From contig JBHGNT010000021.1 in assembly GCA_043228905.1 (NCBI GenBank), positions 5,828,001-5,892,000 of the forward strand: a stretch of DNA of 64,000 nucleotides. The letters run 5' to 3'. A model generated the notes under the pieces. That model ran no database searches and was not told where the DNA came from. It worked only from the letters and a program-made list of their open reading frames with translations. The translations under genes were made by a program, and so were the position numbers. Positions within the stretch are counted from its first letter, which is position 1, and each line of letters opens with the position of its first letter. The DNA comes from Azolla caroliniana (Eukaryota > Plantae > Polypodiophyta). Shown here piece by piece: positions 49,704 through 61,801 of the stretch.

Positions 49704-51529
49704 TGGATTTAGTATGAGAGTGACCGACTATGGAATAATGTATCTCTATAGTAACCAAAGAAATCTTTCCAAAGGGATGGGATATGAGACCAAATGTGTA
49801 CATCAGTCTATATACAATTATAAAAACAGTGTGTATGTCAATGTAATAAACATGCCTAGCATTCCCCAAATGCACTAAATGGGGAATGTTAAGCATCAGT
49901 CTATATACAATTATAAAGACAGTGTGTATGTCAATGTAATAAACATGCCTAGCATTCCCCAAGTACACTAATTGGCCCAATAGGAACCTGACTTGAACAA
50001 TTTTTCATAATTTGTTTCCAGAAGTCATCTTAAATTTAATGAAATCAAATGTGTGCATATGAATAAATGAAAGAAAGGCATCTTTACTGTAGAACACCCT
50101 GAAAACATATGGTAACACTAGAGAGAGAGACTATGTGTGTCTATGAGTAATGTAATGACATGCTTAACAACCTCCCATGTACATTAATTAGGCCTAGCCA
50201 TAAAAATACCTGACTTGAACAAGTTTCCATTACTGGAAAGCAAGCAAGGCCTGTCTCTTGGCTTCTTGGATGGCCACTTGCTTTCTTTCGCTTGCCTAAC
50301 TTGCTCGCTTGCTTAGCATTCTCTGGTTTCTTTGGTAACTTTGTTGCCTTACTCCTCATCTTTGCTTCCTTCATATTCTGAGGACTGATGGTAGCATTTA
50401 CATCCATATCAAGATTCTCCAGTCCAATCTCCATCTGCCATTTCTGATTCATAGAATGATCAATGGACTCTTTCAAAGCATTAACACTACCGTCTGTGCA
50501 CACTTGATTTCCCAGTAGATTTACATCTGCCACTAACATGCTTGTATTCATTACTGTCTCCGCCGATGAAGTATGCATTGTTGTTTGGGCCACATTGAGA
50601 TCTACATCATTCGGTATTTCCGTAATAACTGAACCGTAAAGAATTGACTTATCATCCATACAGTCTGGCACAATAGATTTCTCAAAATTACACCTTCCGT
50701 TTATAGGGATTGTTTTATTAGATGTCATTGCTACCATAGATACATAGGGATCAAGTTCTATTTTGATATTTACTAAAGATGCAGCAGTGGATGATTCCGC
50801 TGCATAACATTGTTTATTCATATTTCGATATTGCTTCCTTTCCAATTGTGTAGGGAACTTATAAGCTTTCTCAATGTCCAAAGATAAACTTGAAGCATTT
50901 GAATCCTCTACTTCTATGTCAGTTGCGTTTGAACACCTCTTCTCAGACAAATCGTTCATGCCAGATGGACGAGAATTCATTGTTATTGAAACGTTTGCTT
51001 TCTTCCTTGGAGAGAGAGGTGTTTCCTGAATACATCTTTTCTGAGGGAAAAGCTTACCATGTGAATTGGTGGAGAGGTTCGAGTCCGTCTGGAATCCATA
51101 GGTTATAAGATGAGATTCATGAAGATCCTCTTGCGTTTCTGACAATATTCTCGAAGATGGAGAGAAGCATAGAAGTCTAGGGAGGGGAAGCGGCATTTCC
51201 TTGGGAAGCGGCGACGAGAATGAGCAGTCTTGGAACAGGAAAGGTGCAGAGGGGGGGGCGTACCTGTGCTTGGCGGCATCGAAGAGGTCGAAAAGGAAAG
51301 GGGAGAAGGTGACGTCGCCGTTTCGGGAGAGGCTGAGGGGGGAGAAAGGGAGGGTGCAGAGCCATTGGATCTCCGGAGGGGTGAAGCCGAGGGGAGGGGA
51401 GCGGCGGGAGAGCTGGGAAGGGGAGGAGGAGGAGCCATGGCGGAGGAGGAGGCCGACGAGGATCCAGGCGCGGTCGCTGGTCATCAGGGACTCCTCCTGG
51501 GGGGAGGAGGAGGGAACCGCCGCCGCCAT
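45106..51529 (-). CDS. CDC7: Cell division cycle 7 (DDK catalytic subunit) Ser/Thr kinase; about 14 exons
   Basis: Large exon 1 (51529-50210) with a plant CDC7-type N-terminus (RAWILVGLLL...CTLPFSPLSL). Kinase motifs EGSG|GYGTVYKA, RAIK, VIHRDVKPGNFLFS..WLVDFNLA, a long kinase insert, GPCAGTKGYRAPE|V, KIDIWSAGV and CLQIDPRNRISAKEALQHEFF; stop at 45106. Confidence 0.92.
49801..49970. repeat. 93-bp tandem duplication in CDC7 intron 1
   Basis: catcagtctatatacaattataa..acagtgtgtatgtcaatgtaataaacatgcctagcattcccca at 49801 and 49894. Confidence 0.9.
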
Positions 51530-51861
51530 GGAAGAATGCAGCAGCAGCAGCTGTAGGAGAAGCTGGATCAAAAGAAGCAGGAGCAGGAGCAGGAGCAGCA
51601 GGAGCAGAAAGCTTCTTCTTCGCCTTCTCTTCTGCGTCGATCGTCGTCGATCGTCAGTCTCTGAGAGAGAGAGAGAGAGAGAGAGAGTTTTTTCTGTTTT
51701 TGTTTTTTGGAGAAGAAGATCAGAAAAACCAAAAGAAAGGAGAGAGAGAGATGGGGTGGTTTTGGCGGGAGAGGTCGTGGGCCGTCGGATCTTCTTCGTC
51801 TCCTCTGCGAATCTCAGTTTTCCGATATTCCATCGCCCATACCCCTCTCCCTCCTCTCTCC

Positions 51862-52080
51862 TGCTTTTTGGCCTTTTGCTCTTGCTTTTTTTTTTGTCTC
51901 TGTCTTGCATTTTTTGCTTTTTGCCTTGCGTTTTGCTCTTTGCTCTTGCTTTTGTGCTTTTTGCTTTGCTTTTTGCTTTGCTTTTTGCTCTTGCTCTTTG
52001 CTCTTTGCTCTTGCTTTTTTGCTTTTTGCTTTGCTTTTTTGCTCTTTGCTCTTTGCTCTTTGCTCTTGCGCTTGCTCTCT
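51862..52080. repeat. (TTTGC/TTTGCTC)n pyrimidine-rich simple repeat upstream of CDC7
   Basis: About 220 bp of ttttgc, tttgctc and ttgc units, with nearby (GA)n and (CT)n tracts. Confidence 0.9.
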
Positions 52081-54529
52081 ACGAAACCTCTAGAGCAAAC
52101 TCCCATGGACATTAAAATCTCTCTCTCTCTCTCTCTAAAAGCACACAATTTATACTAACTGTATGTAAAATCCACTTGTTACAACTTCTTAGTCTTCTCC
52201 GCCTAGGGAGAGAGGGACATCTTGTAAAAGCCATTAGAAAACCTCGATGTGCACTTGAGGAAATGATCCCCACATGCTCTAACATGCAGAAATTCCACAT
52301 AAGAATGCCTTTCAACTTCTTCATATAGGCTTTCACCCCATCCCATGTCTACTATCAAACATGAATGCCTTATGCATATATCCAATTGTGTTGTAGTCCC
52401 CAATATCTTAAACATTGGAACAATATCTCCACCTTGTCATTTGGACCATTTTTGAACATACTAAGAAAAAACCCCATTGTTGAGGCCTCAAGTAATAGGG
52501 GGTTTAAGCTTGCTAAATGTTTGATAAGTACTTCCAAATGATCCGCGCTATAGGACATTTAATGAACCTATGTGTATTGCCCTCCAATGGAATGGTGCAA
52601 AAGAAGCATGTACCTGACCCTAGTCCTCATTTCTTTAAGACTGAACCTAATGGGAGCCCACCAATCATGATTGTCGACATGAATACCTATGCACAAAATG
52701 GCAAATGGGAATGCCAACCACATTGTTATATATATGCCACCACCTTGCATTCCACTTACATGCATTCCACACCTTTTCTACTTTAGGTGATAGCCAAGAT
52801 AATGATACCATTACATGATGATACAATATATTTGTAGTGACCTGTAACAAGTGTGCACCATCCTCTTCACCATTCGGTATTTGTCAATCCACCCAAGGTT
52901 AAATATTTGTTTCCATTTGCAAAGATCCATGCAACAATGATATATCTTTTAATTTCTCCCAAATCCATAAATTGGATGATATATGTACATAACATCGTTT
53001 GACATTTTCACATTTCGACAACCTTTGAGATCATTATCAACCACATCTCCCAAATCTACAACCCCTAATCGAAATAAACGATTGAATTAAGATCATCTTC
53101 ATGTTCGATTGTCATTGTTACCACAAGTTTTTCAAGGTTTGATCTTCTTATTGTTTTTTTTTATAAGGATATACATTATCAACTAGAAAACAACATTATG
53201 GGTTTTGTAGGCGAGCCACGAGACATCTAATAGCAACAAGAGTAGCATGATATATATCATGTGTCAATTACATTGTCAAGGTAGCATGATATGTATTTTG
53301 GTAAGATAATAAGATAGCGACATGATATGTCTAGTAAGTTGTTTGCTCCTTTGCAATTTCTCTTTGAGAATCCTCTTTCCTCACAATGATGATTTCCCAC
53401 CAACAACATCAATTTTACAAAAAACAAAAGTTGATCAGAAAACTTTCATCTGCTGTTTGTGCAAAAATGGAAGCATGGTGATGAGATCAAAGGGCATTGT
53501 TTTATATTTAAAAGAGACAGTAATTGTAGGGTTATCAAAATGATTGTAAATCTATATTTGTAGGAGCACATTGCTAGTGTGCACAATCTCAAAGTAGAAA
53601 TACAAATAATATTTACAACAAGCCTAACCTAAAACACCTTGGTGGATATTTTAACTATGCCACTATCTCTTAAGTATGCAAGAAGTTTGCTCATCTAAGC
53701 TCATGAATCTTATCTATTCATTCGGAGTTCGAAGAATTATGAGAAATAGTTTCTAATGCTAAATCGTCATCAGATCGATTTGACAATATCTCTTGAGATA
53801 ATTATTTTCCAATCTCACGAATTTTGGTACATGTAACCACTAACAACATATCATGGATGCATCACATTTCCACGAGACTTGATCATTTACGTGACTAATC
53901 AATAAGAAACATCTCTCCACTTTCAAGGTCTCAACGACAATCCATATAGGCTTCATAATTAACCCCTTTAACATAAGCATTCAACATTCCTTCCTTTCTC
54001 CCACGCATTAGATTTCCATTTCTATGTGTTTAACAAGGAGATATAAGGTGCAAATTATCTCCTATCAAGTGCCATTGCACATTGAAAAGATTGTGTGTCA
54101 AGTTCTACAATAGTCTTCCATGCAAACAAATTCAGTTCAGAAAGGTGTATTTTCCATTACTTAGTTCACAGCTTAAGTATACTTGCACCAGTAAAACATA
54201 TCCCATTAACCAAATTTGTAGCTCAATGGATGGAAAAACACATTAAAACATTTCATACATGACACAATAGGATTCTTCACAAGAAATGAATGACATAATA
54301 TAAGGACAGCATTCAAGAATGTGTTTTGCATTCATTGTGAATTATTTGGCATTCTTTTCAAAATAAGCAAGTACCATTTCATCAAGGCCTAGGTCCACAT
54401 ACCCACGACCAATGATGGATTCTCTCATATCCATGTGTGGACAACCTTGGCATTCATTTTGATTGCATCTAGGCAATCACATCAAGATTGAGATTCATTC
54501 AAATTCTAAGTGTTTGGATTGGTTTCTTG

Positions 54530-54604
54530 TGGGTGAGGAGGGATTCGAACCCCCAATACCGTGGTTCGTGGCCACGTGCTCTATTCCCCTGAGCCTACAG
54601 GCCC
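54530..54604 (-). tRNA. trnR-ACG: Plastid-type tRNA-Arg(ACG) copy, probably a pseudogene (NUPT)
   Basis: Minus strand GGGCCTGTAGGCTCAGGGGAATAGAGCACGTGGCCACGAACCACGGTATTGGGGGTTCGAATCCCTCCTCACCCA, close to the plastid trnR-ACG sequence as recalled. It has one extra G before the D stem, C at position 33 and acceptor-stem mismatches. Confidence 0.82.
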
Positions 54605-54759
54605 ACCCAAATATTTGCTTACTGGCCAAGAAGAGATAGGAAGAAAGCTGAGCAGACCTTGATCCCTGATTCCACGGTGATTGACCACAAAAGAAAGAAG
54701 AGAGAAGAAACTGTATGGAAAGGTCCTGTAGGCAGAAATTTCTGATTCCATATACTTAA

Positions 54760-54848
54760 CATTGCATTGTACCCCTTTTAAATACAAACAATTACATTGT
54801 AACCCCTTTCAATACAAATATTGCATTGTACCCCTTTTCAATACAAAT
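54760..54848. repeat. Three tandem units of about 30 bp
   Basis: att(g/a)cattgta(c/a)ccctttt(a/c)aatacaaa x3. Confidence 0.8.
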
Positions 54849-55685
54849 GAAATAACATATATTGATTGATAGCCCATCTTATTGCATCTTTTCAACATGT
54901 TGGTGAAGTATACACCCTTGAGCAATCCAAGTTCCATGTATGTTAAGAGACCAAAGAATTCTAAACAACCAGATATTGGATAGATAATTTTCCATTCGTC
55001 TATAACTGATCCACATTTGCTGTATCAAAAATCAGCCAACATAAAGCAACATGCATTTGTGGAATGCTTCCTGGGAGTTTGGCATGAGAATTTCTCAAAT
55101 TCTATGTTGTATATTGTGCCAGCATGCTTTCAAAATGCACAGATATATGTGACATCATTTGGCATATATTTGATATTCTTTGTTGCATCCAATCCGAACA
55201 ATATCAAAGTTTCTCTCGATCGAAAAATGGACCTCTGAAGCAAGCTATCAATACAATACCAACAGCATGAGATGTTTCATTTTTCATTACCAGAAGACTG
55301 TGGTACAGATCTTTTGCTTGTTTCATGTACATCTTTCCCATTTGACCCAAATAATTAACAGCTTTGAAGCCATATACATATATTTGGACATACATGGTCT
55401 CCTGCATTTTGTGAGAAAAGTTCGAACTTCATGTTGCAAGGAACTTCCATTTTCAATACCATGTCCATTCTATCCATTCTATCCATTCTCTAAGCATACT
55501 TTCATTCCTCCCAGAATGTCACGATTTGAGAAACACAACTAGCACCATCACCAACTAGATTATGCCATCACTAATTTATGATCAAACAAATTGATATCTC
55601 TGGACAACAAAAGATTAATAGAAAAGCAAAATGGCCACAAATCTCCCACACACAGAAAAATTACTCTTTCTTTGATGATTAGTCG

Positions 55686-56870
55686 TCAGTCTCCTCTCAT
55701 GGTGAAGCCTCCAAAATCCAAGTCTCCGGTTCCAAAGTGTTGCCATAGCTTTTGACTCTCAAATCGAATGATACGATGAGATGAAGGTTCAAGACCTTCA
55801 TTTTCTTTACCATTGTTAAAGTTTCCATTGGGTCTTCTCACAGAGCTTCCTTCGTCAAACTCCACATCTTCAGTCGGAGGTCTCTTGACACACATCCGGG
55901 ACTTCAGATTCACAAGCATTCTCCATAGCAATGATGCAGGCAGCCTTATGAATGTGAGTGCCGCAAGATGAACCAGTGCCAAAGGGCAACAACATACTGC
56001 TGCACAATCCACCGTGAATCTCGATGCACATCTACAACACATATAGTCATGTAGTTTCTTCTTCTTTGTCGTCTTCTTCTTCTTCGTCTCCTCTTTCCAA
56101 GAATGAGGCTTCGCCGATGATGATGAAGAAGACACATCTTCTTTTTGTATCGAGGATGATGATGGCGACTTCTGATTTCCTTCCCTCTCATCATCTTCAC
56201 CATTGTCATTGTCATTGTCATTGTCATCATCATCATCACCATCATTATTAGGATTTTTTGCATGCTTACCTCTTTCATTATGTGCATTCATGTGTAGCAT
56301 CCTATGAGCTTTTCCTCCATCATCATCACCATCATCTTCTTCTTCGTCTTCATTCTGTTCGTCCAAATTATATGCATTTTGTTGCCACGATCCATCATGT
56401 GTGTGACATGATTCCTGAAACCCATTGATGTTCTCATTCCGAACATGCCGTTGCATTTCTCGTCCTCTTCTCTGTCTGAGACCATAGCTTTCCATCACAG
56501 GAGCAATGTCATGCTCTGACTTGAATGAAGAAGAAGTCACTGGGGATGAGGACGGGATGAACTTATTTGAATCATGTTGATTTGTGCTTCCAATTGTGGT
56601 ATGCTGTTGACGTTGACTTGTGTGTCCAATTGCTGTAAGTTGTGCCACTTTGCCTGTGTGATGTTGATTTATTATACCATTTGTGTTATGTGTTTGATAT
56701 TGATTTCTGTATCCAATTGTACTATCAATTGATGAGAATCCCAAAGGATTTTCTTCCTCTTCGTCTCTTGGAGAATCAATCAGGAAAGAAGACAAGGATG
56801 GGGATGATTGGAGGGCTTTTGAAGAAGAAGAAAAATCAGAAAGAACAGAGCCAGATGGAGAAGATCCCAT
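55686..56870 (-). CDS. Intronless plant-specific protein of unknown function: low-complexity Ser/Asp/Asn N-terminus, DCAAVCCCP motif, hydrophobic helix, C-terminal W..F...FG motif
   Basis: Open frame of about 394 aa from ATG 56870. DCAAVCCCPLALVHLAALTFIRLPASLLWR resembles a plant family with a conserved A(D/E)CAAVCCC-P motif. Confidence 0.75.
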   Translation of the reverse strand: MGSSPSGSVLSDFSSSSKALQSSPSLSSFLIDSPRDEEEENPLGFSSIDSTIGYRNQYQTHNTNGIINQHHTGKVAQLTAIGHTSQRQQHTTIGSTNQHDSNKFIPSSSPVTSSSFKSEHDIAPVMESYGLRQRRGREMQRHVRNENINGFQESCHTHDGSWQQNAYNLDEQNEDEEEDDGDDDGGKAHRMLHMNAHNERGKHAKNPNNDGDDDDDNDNDNDNGEDDEREGNQKSPSSSSIQKEDVSSSSSSAKPHSWKEETKKKKTTKKKKLHDYMCCRCASRFTVDCAAVCCCPLALVHLAALTFIRLPASLLWRMLVNLKSRMCVKRPPTEDVEFDEGSSVRRPNGNFNNGKENEGLEPSSHRIIRFESQKLWQHFGTGDLDFGGFTMRGD

Positions 56871-56924
56871 TAGGGTAAAAAACAACTGCTTCCACCAAAT
56901 GCCAGTCTATCAAATGATGGTGAT

Positions 56925-57255
56925 GACGATAAAATCCTCACCCCAAACACGTGGATTGACATTAGGATTACATTCGTTGCCTTTCAGATGATTCTGATAC
57001 GAAACCCTGACCCTAAACACATGAATTGGCATTAGGGTCACTTGCATAACAGTGGGTTCAGATGATCATGATGACGACGAAACCCCAACCCCAACCCTAA
57101 ACACAAGAATTGGCGCGAGGGTTATACACATAGCAGTTACTAATTAACTTATGGGTACAGATGATGATGATATTGAAACCCTAACCCTAATCATAACGCT
57201 AAACAGAGGTTTCAATATCATCATCGTCTGTATCATAACGCTAAACAGAGGTTGT
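56925..57255. repeat. Degenerate units of about 65-75 bp containing telomere-like ACCCTAA motifs, upstream of the minus-strand gene
   Basis: cagatgat...gaaaccc...ccctaaacac...attg(g/a)c..taggg recurs about 4 times; telo-box AAACCCTAA at 57176-57184. Confidence 0.65.
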
Positions 57256-57509
57256 GGCATAGAAAAAACAGAATTTATTTTCTATGGCCTTACTTAGAAT
57301 GGAATTTTGATTGATTCGTGATTTTCACTTGTGCAGAGAAGAAAAACAGACAGATAGCTAACTGAATCTCCAAAAAAAAAACAAAAATTGTATTTGTGGT
57401 TGCTTTTTTTTTGGGTTTTGTTTTTTTATTTTATTTGTTTTGGTTGTGGCGTTCATTTTGGATCAAACAAATCTTAGTTAAACTTTAGTGTTGCTTTTGC
57501 AATCATTCA

Positions 57510-57710
57510 ACAATTGATCAATTGGCACAGATCCATTACTGGATTCATGAATTATTGGCACAGATCAATTACTCAATTCATGATCAATTGGCACAGATCC
57601 ATTACTAGATTCATGATTGATTGGCACAGATCCATTACTCAATCCATGATTGATTGATTGGCACAAATTCACAATCCTCATTCCTTATAATTAATTGGCA
57701 CAAATCCATT
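57510..57710. repeat. Minisatellite of about 33-37 bp
   Basis: attggcacagatccattact(gg/ca/ag)attcatga repeated 5-6 times. Confidence 0.85.
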
Positions 57711-57766
57711 TGGCCACGGGAACATTGTCTTATGTCGCATGTTTGGAGACCTTTTTTGGGTGGCTC

Positions 57767-58224
57767 TAGCAATTGGCAATGGTCCGGCTTAATGGATTAA
57801 ACGGTTCGGTTTTGGTTCAGATTCAAGTATTTTTTTAACGGTTTTGTTTCGGTTCAGTTTGGTTTGGGGGGGGTCAATGGTTTGACGGCTTAGGGTTGCC
57901 ACTTTATTATTTTCTTAAATATTTTTTTGAACAACCTTGTCATAAGCCTAATTCTCACATTTTAGAAAAATCTTTAAAATTTTGAAAATAAAAAATTGGA
58001 AATATTGAAAAAAAGAATAATTAAAATTTGGAAAATTGACATAACTTGAAAACCGAAACCAAACCGCGAAACCACGGTTTTTGTAGTTTAATGATTTGGA
58101 TTTTCTATAATGGTTCGGTTAAAACGATTTCGTGGTTTGGTTTGGTTTGGCTTAAGTTTCAAACAATTTGAACGGTTTGAGTTTTTGACACTCTTGAACT
58201 AAACCAAACCATTGTCGATTGTTA
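57767..58224. mobile_element. Non-autonomous DNA transposon (hAT-like MITE)
   Basis: Imperfect TIRs tagcaattggcaatggtccggctta and taaaccaaaccattgtcgattgtta; subterminal GGTT(T/C)/AAACC arrays; AT-rich centre; flanks ggtggctc and ggtggttg may be a degenerate 8-bp TSD. Confidence 0.65.
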
Positions 58225-58409
58225 GGTGGTTGGTCTCTCTCGCACAACAAGCAAGCATCACCCAAACATCTCACATGGGCTTGAAGTGTTCTTCACGCCA
58301 ACACGTGGCCAACTGACACATGCACACCAACTAGGGCTAGGGCCAAGAATTGGGGCACCATAATGGTGCATTCATCACACCCGCCAACGATTGAGTGATG
58401 GTCCAAATA

Positions 58410-59119
58410 AATAAGGTTACAACACATTTAGTGTATATGTTGTTGCAACCTGCCCCATGGTTCCACGAACATGCAAATGCATAATGGCAACTACACAAAA
58501 CATAGTCCTGGTGGGAAAACATGCTTACAATCTTATGGAGGTGTGGTTTTCCACTTCAGCAATGGGTATTCCTATGGAGATGCCTATTGGGTGTGCTCCC
58601 AATTGGATTGAATCTTCAAAAGCGAAGGATAGCCTCGCCGCTTTGTGCAATATGTGGTAGACGATTGGAAACTGTCCCACACTTATTATGGACATGCCCA
58701 TTCACTATGACATTTGTCCAGAGACTAAGTGCATCTCTTTCTCACAAATTTATTGGCCGAAGGTTTGGGAAACACTTTTAGCTATTTGGACAAATTTTGT
58801 GCACCCTATCCAACAATGCCTATTTTCTCCAATGGACAAGATTTTGGGCACTCTGGACCATTTGGACGGGTCACAATAATAAGGTCTTTGATCAAAACCA
58901 ACTGCATGAAGTTAGCTTCTTTAAGCAATTCCTCAAGCAATCTCTATTTGATTGTTTGCAACTTAGAGACATCATACTACAAATTACACACTCTTGACCT
59001 TGAGTGCTTCTAAGCTCTTTAGTGTTTAATCAACACTTGTATATTTCTCTTTATTCTTTGTGGGTTTTCACCTCACTTTGAGGTTTCTCACTAGTAATCA
59101 AAGTGTTACTAGAAAAAAG
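58410..59119 (+). mobile_element. 5'-truncated LINE 3' end (zf-RVT plus A-rich tail)
   Basis: VFLWRCLLGVLPIGLNLQKRRIASPLCAICGRRLETVPHLLWTCPF is a zf-RVT domain, followed by WTIWTGHNNKVF; ends gtgttactagaaaaaaga. Confidence 0.85.
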
Positions 59120-59351
59120 AGTGATGGTTCAAATAAGGATGTCTTGATACGCATGTCATGTATGCAAAGTTATTCCCACTTCTGCAGTATAAACAACAAT
59201 AAACACAATTGGACCTTTTCTTGTTATCATGCCAAGGTGAGATATTTTATCCTTAGTTCAAGTATTTGTTATTACCAATCCATGGCCATCATATATGAAT
59301 ATTAGGTCATTTTTTTATGTTCTCCTTACCCACCACTGTGGTTCGTTAGAC

Positions 59352-59905
59352 TTTTTCTTTTTAGTAACACTTATATTACTAGTGGGAAACCTCAAAGTGA
59401 GGTGAAAACCCCACAAAGAATAAAGATAAGTATACAAGTATCGATTAGACGCTAAAGAGCTTAGAAGCACTCAAAGTAAAGAGTGTAAATTTGCAGTGTG
59501 ATGTCTCTAAGTTGCAAACAATCAAACAGAGCTTGCCTGAGGGATTGCTTGAAGAAGCTAACTTTATGCAATTGGTTTCGATCAAAGACCTTACAATCAC
59601 AGGTTGTCAAGATGGTCTGCAATAATAAGTGTGAGACTATTTCTGATTGGGCACCACATCGTGCACAATGCGGTAAGGCTATCGATCTCTTTTGAAGATT
59701 CAAATCAATCGAGAGCACATCCAATAGGCATCTCCATATGAATACCTGTTGCTTAAATGGAAGACGATAAATGCATACGTATTAAGCACGTAAGCATGTT
59801 TTCCCACTAAGACTATGTTTTGTGTAGTTGCCACAATGCATTTGCAAGTTCTTGAAACCACGGGGCATGTTACAACCTATACACTGAATGTGTTGTAATC
59901 TTATC
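59352..59905 (-). mobile_element. Second copy of the same LINE 3' end, inverted, with an internal deletion
   Basis: Reverse complement of 58410-59119 (LNLQKRSIALPHCARCGAQSEIVSHLL...KVFDRNQLHKVSFFKQ); T-rich tail at 59352. Confidence 0.85.
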
Positions 59906-61669
59906 CATTGGAATAACAATGTTGCCTTTTTGTAACCTCGGGTCCTAAATCCTCTGATCTCCGTCTAGAGGGGGCACATGTATTAAGGAAAGTACCAACT
60001 TTGTGGTTTGATTCCATATAACTTGATGATGTGGCCCAAGACTATAATGACATGTCATGTCATTGAAGCCTAAGAGGTGACCTTGGTCATTTACCACGTG
60101 TGCAATTGATTTCAGCCCCCTCTTTGCTAAAAATTAAGCTTTTCTAGCGAGGTTATATGCTCATCGTAAGTTGATCTTTGTGAAGAACCTTGCACCATTG
60201 ATCCGCTACTGATATTGCGAATATAACACTCCAATGTAAGCTTTCGAGGTGAAGTGGGTTCCCTAATTTTTAAATTCCCGCCTCTGCATTTTATGTGGTG
60301 CAATACTTCCTTCTAATGCTCTAGAAGCTTTGAGTTGACCGAACATCCTTTGATATGCCTATCAAGCTTTCTAAACACTACATCCCAATGGTTAGTATCC
60401 CATGACCCAAATGACTTGGTTTTACACTTATGAAACAAATCATATAGTCCTCTTGCCCAAGGCAATATTTGTTCATCAAAATTTGGTAGTAAAGTTGCTT
60501 TCTTAGCCATCAATGCAATTGCAAATAGTGAATATTTACTCATCCACACAATCGTTAGACGGGAAATCCATTATTTTTAGTTGTTTTTAGCCATGCTTCC
60601 AACCTAGCCTCAATCTATAGAACGCAAATGAAAGTATATTGCTTAAGTGAATTACGTGACCAATTTGAGTGCAATTTATAGAAATATAAAATAAACTATA
60701 AAACTCCCATGGTCAATCACATCCAAGCACAAATCCCTAACGGAGAATAAACTCTGGAGGCTAAACAATTTCAAGGGCAATCCACTCTACTTTGGTGAGT
60801 TGTGGCAAGTGGAAATAGACATGCTTCAATACATGATTTTCAACGAACAAGTTTCAAAGGAAGCAAACTCAATGCCACCAATCTGGGAACATTTAAGTGA
60901 TAAGCTCAAAGGTGTGCTACTTTGACAAATAGACCAAAATTTGTCACATTATTAGACATTTGCTCTTATATCATTTCCTTCAAGTATGATGGTTTTGATC
61001 CATTGGTGCTCTCGTGACAATTTCATCATATCAATGTCATGTACTACAAATCGGTTTACAATCATAGTGAGCATGTGCAAGCAATTGAAAAACAAAAACT
61101 CAAAGAGAGTTCCTATAAGTTAAGCAAAAAATGACGGGAGGGTAACACCCTTCACGAGGAGACAATAAACAAATACAAATGGGATCAAGTCATCTCGTGG
61201 AAAAGAACACTAGGAGACAATAAAACAATCCTAATTATCTCAATATTTGGGAGCGGACAAAGCCAAACATGCGACCTTGCCTAATTCTTCTTCTTCACAC
61301 CAATGAGGAAAGAGTTGTAACTCCGGATGTAGATGAACACCACTCGTCTCGCCCTCCTACACTAAAGTAGGTATAGCCATTGCTGATGAAACCGTAAATT
61401 TGATTCGATGGTAAGAGCGAGTATCTCCCCGGTTGTCTTTCGCAATGTCTTCATCGGGATGAATGACTAAACACGAAGTGTGTGAGACAAGCTCTCTTCG
61501 GACATTTGCGGCAATTCACACTATGAATGATTTCCTCGCGAGAGCAAACTTCCAGGTTAATATGCATGGCATATCAAAAGAAAGAGTTACCTTAGCATGT
61601 CCACATTGTCTAGTGCTACTATAGAATAGACTCTCTTGTGAATGCGAAATTTGTGGCATATTAATGTAT

Positions 61670-61801
61670 TAAATGAGTGGCATATATCGGTAAATATAAT
61701 ATCATGTGAATTTGTTTGTGTTAAATGAGTGCCATATATCGGTAAATATAATTTCTGTGAATTTGTTTGTGTTAAATGAGTGGCATATATCGGTAAATAT
61801 A
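61670..61801. repeat. Tandem repeat of 51-52 bp, about 2.5 copies, upstream of the PPR gene
   Basis: aaatgagtg(g/c)catatatcggtaaatataa at 61671, 61723 and 61774. Confidence 0.9.

Noticed and set aside
51201-52158. 304-aa and other ORFs, and the 127-aa N-terminal extension of the 589-aa ORF
   Set aside because: Antisense to the GC-rich CDC7 exon 1 or read through simple repeats. The likely CDC7 start is ATG 51529.
52200-53100. Fragmented protein-like frames on the minus strand (similar stretches at 3540-4560 and 60300-60560)
   Set aside because: Possibly decayed transposase sequence, but I recognised no diagnostic motif.
57510-57710. CRISPR-like short repeat arrays here and at 12240-13430 and 61670-61801
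   Set aside because: Eukaryotic context, degenerate units, no unique spacers of constant length and no cas genes.
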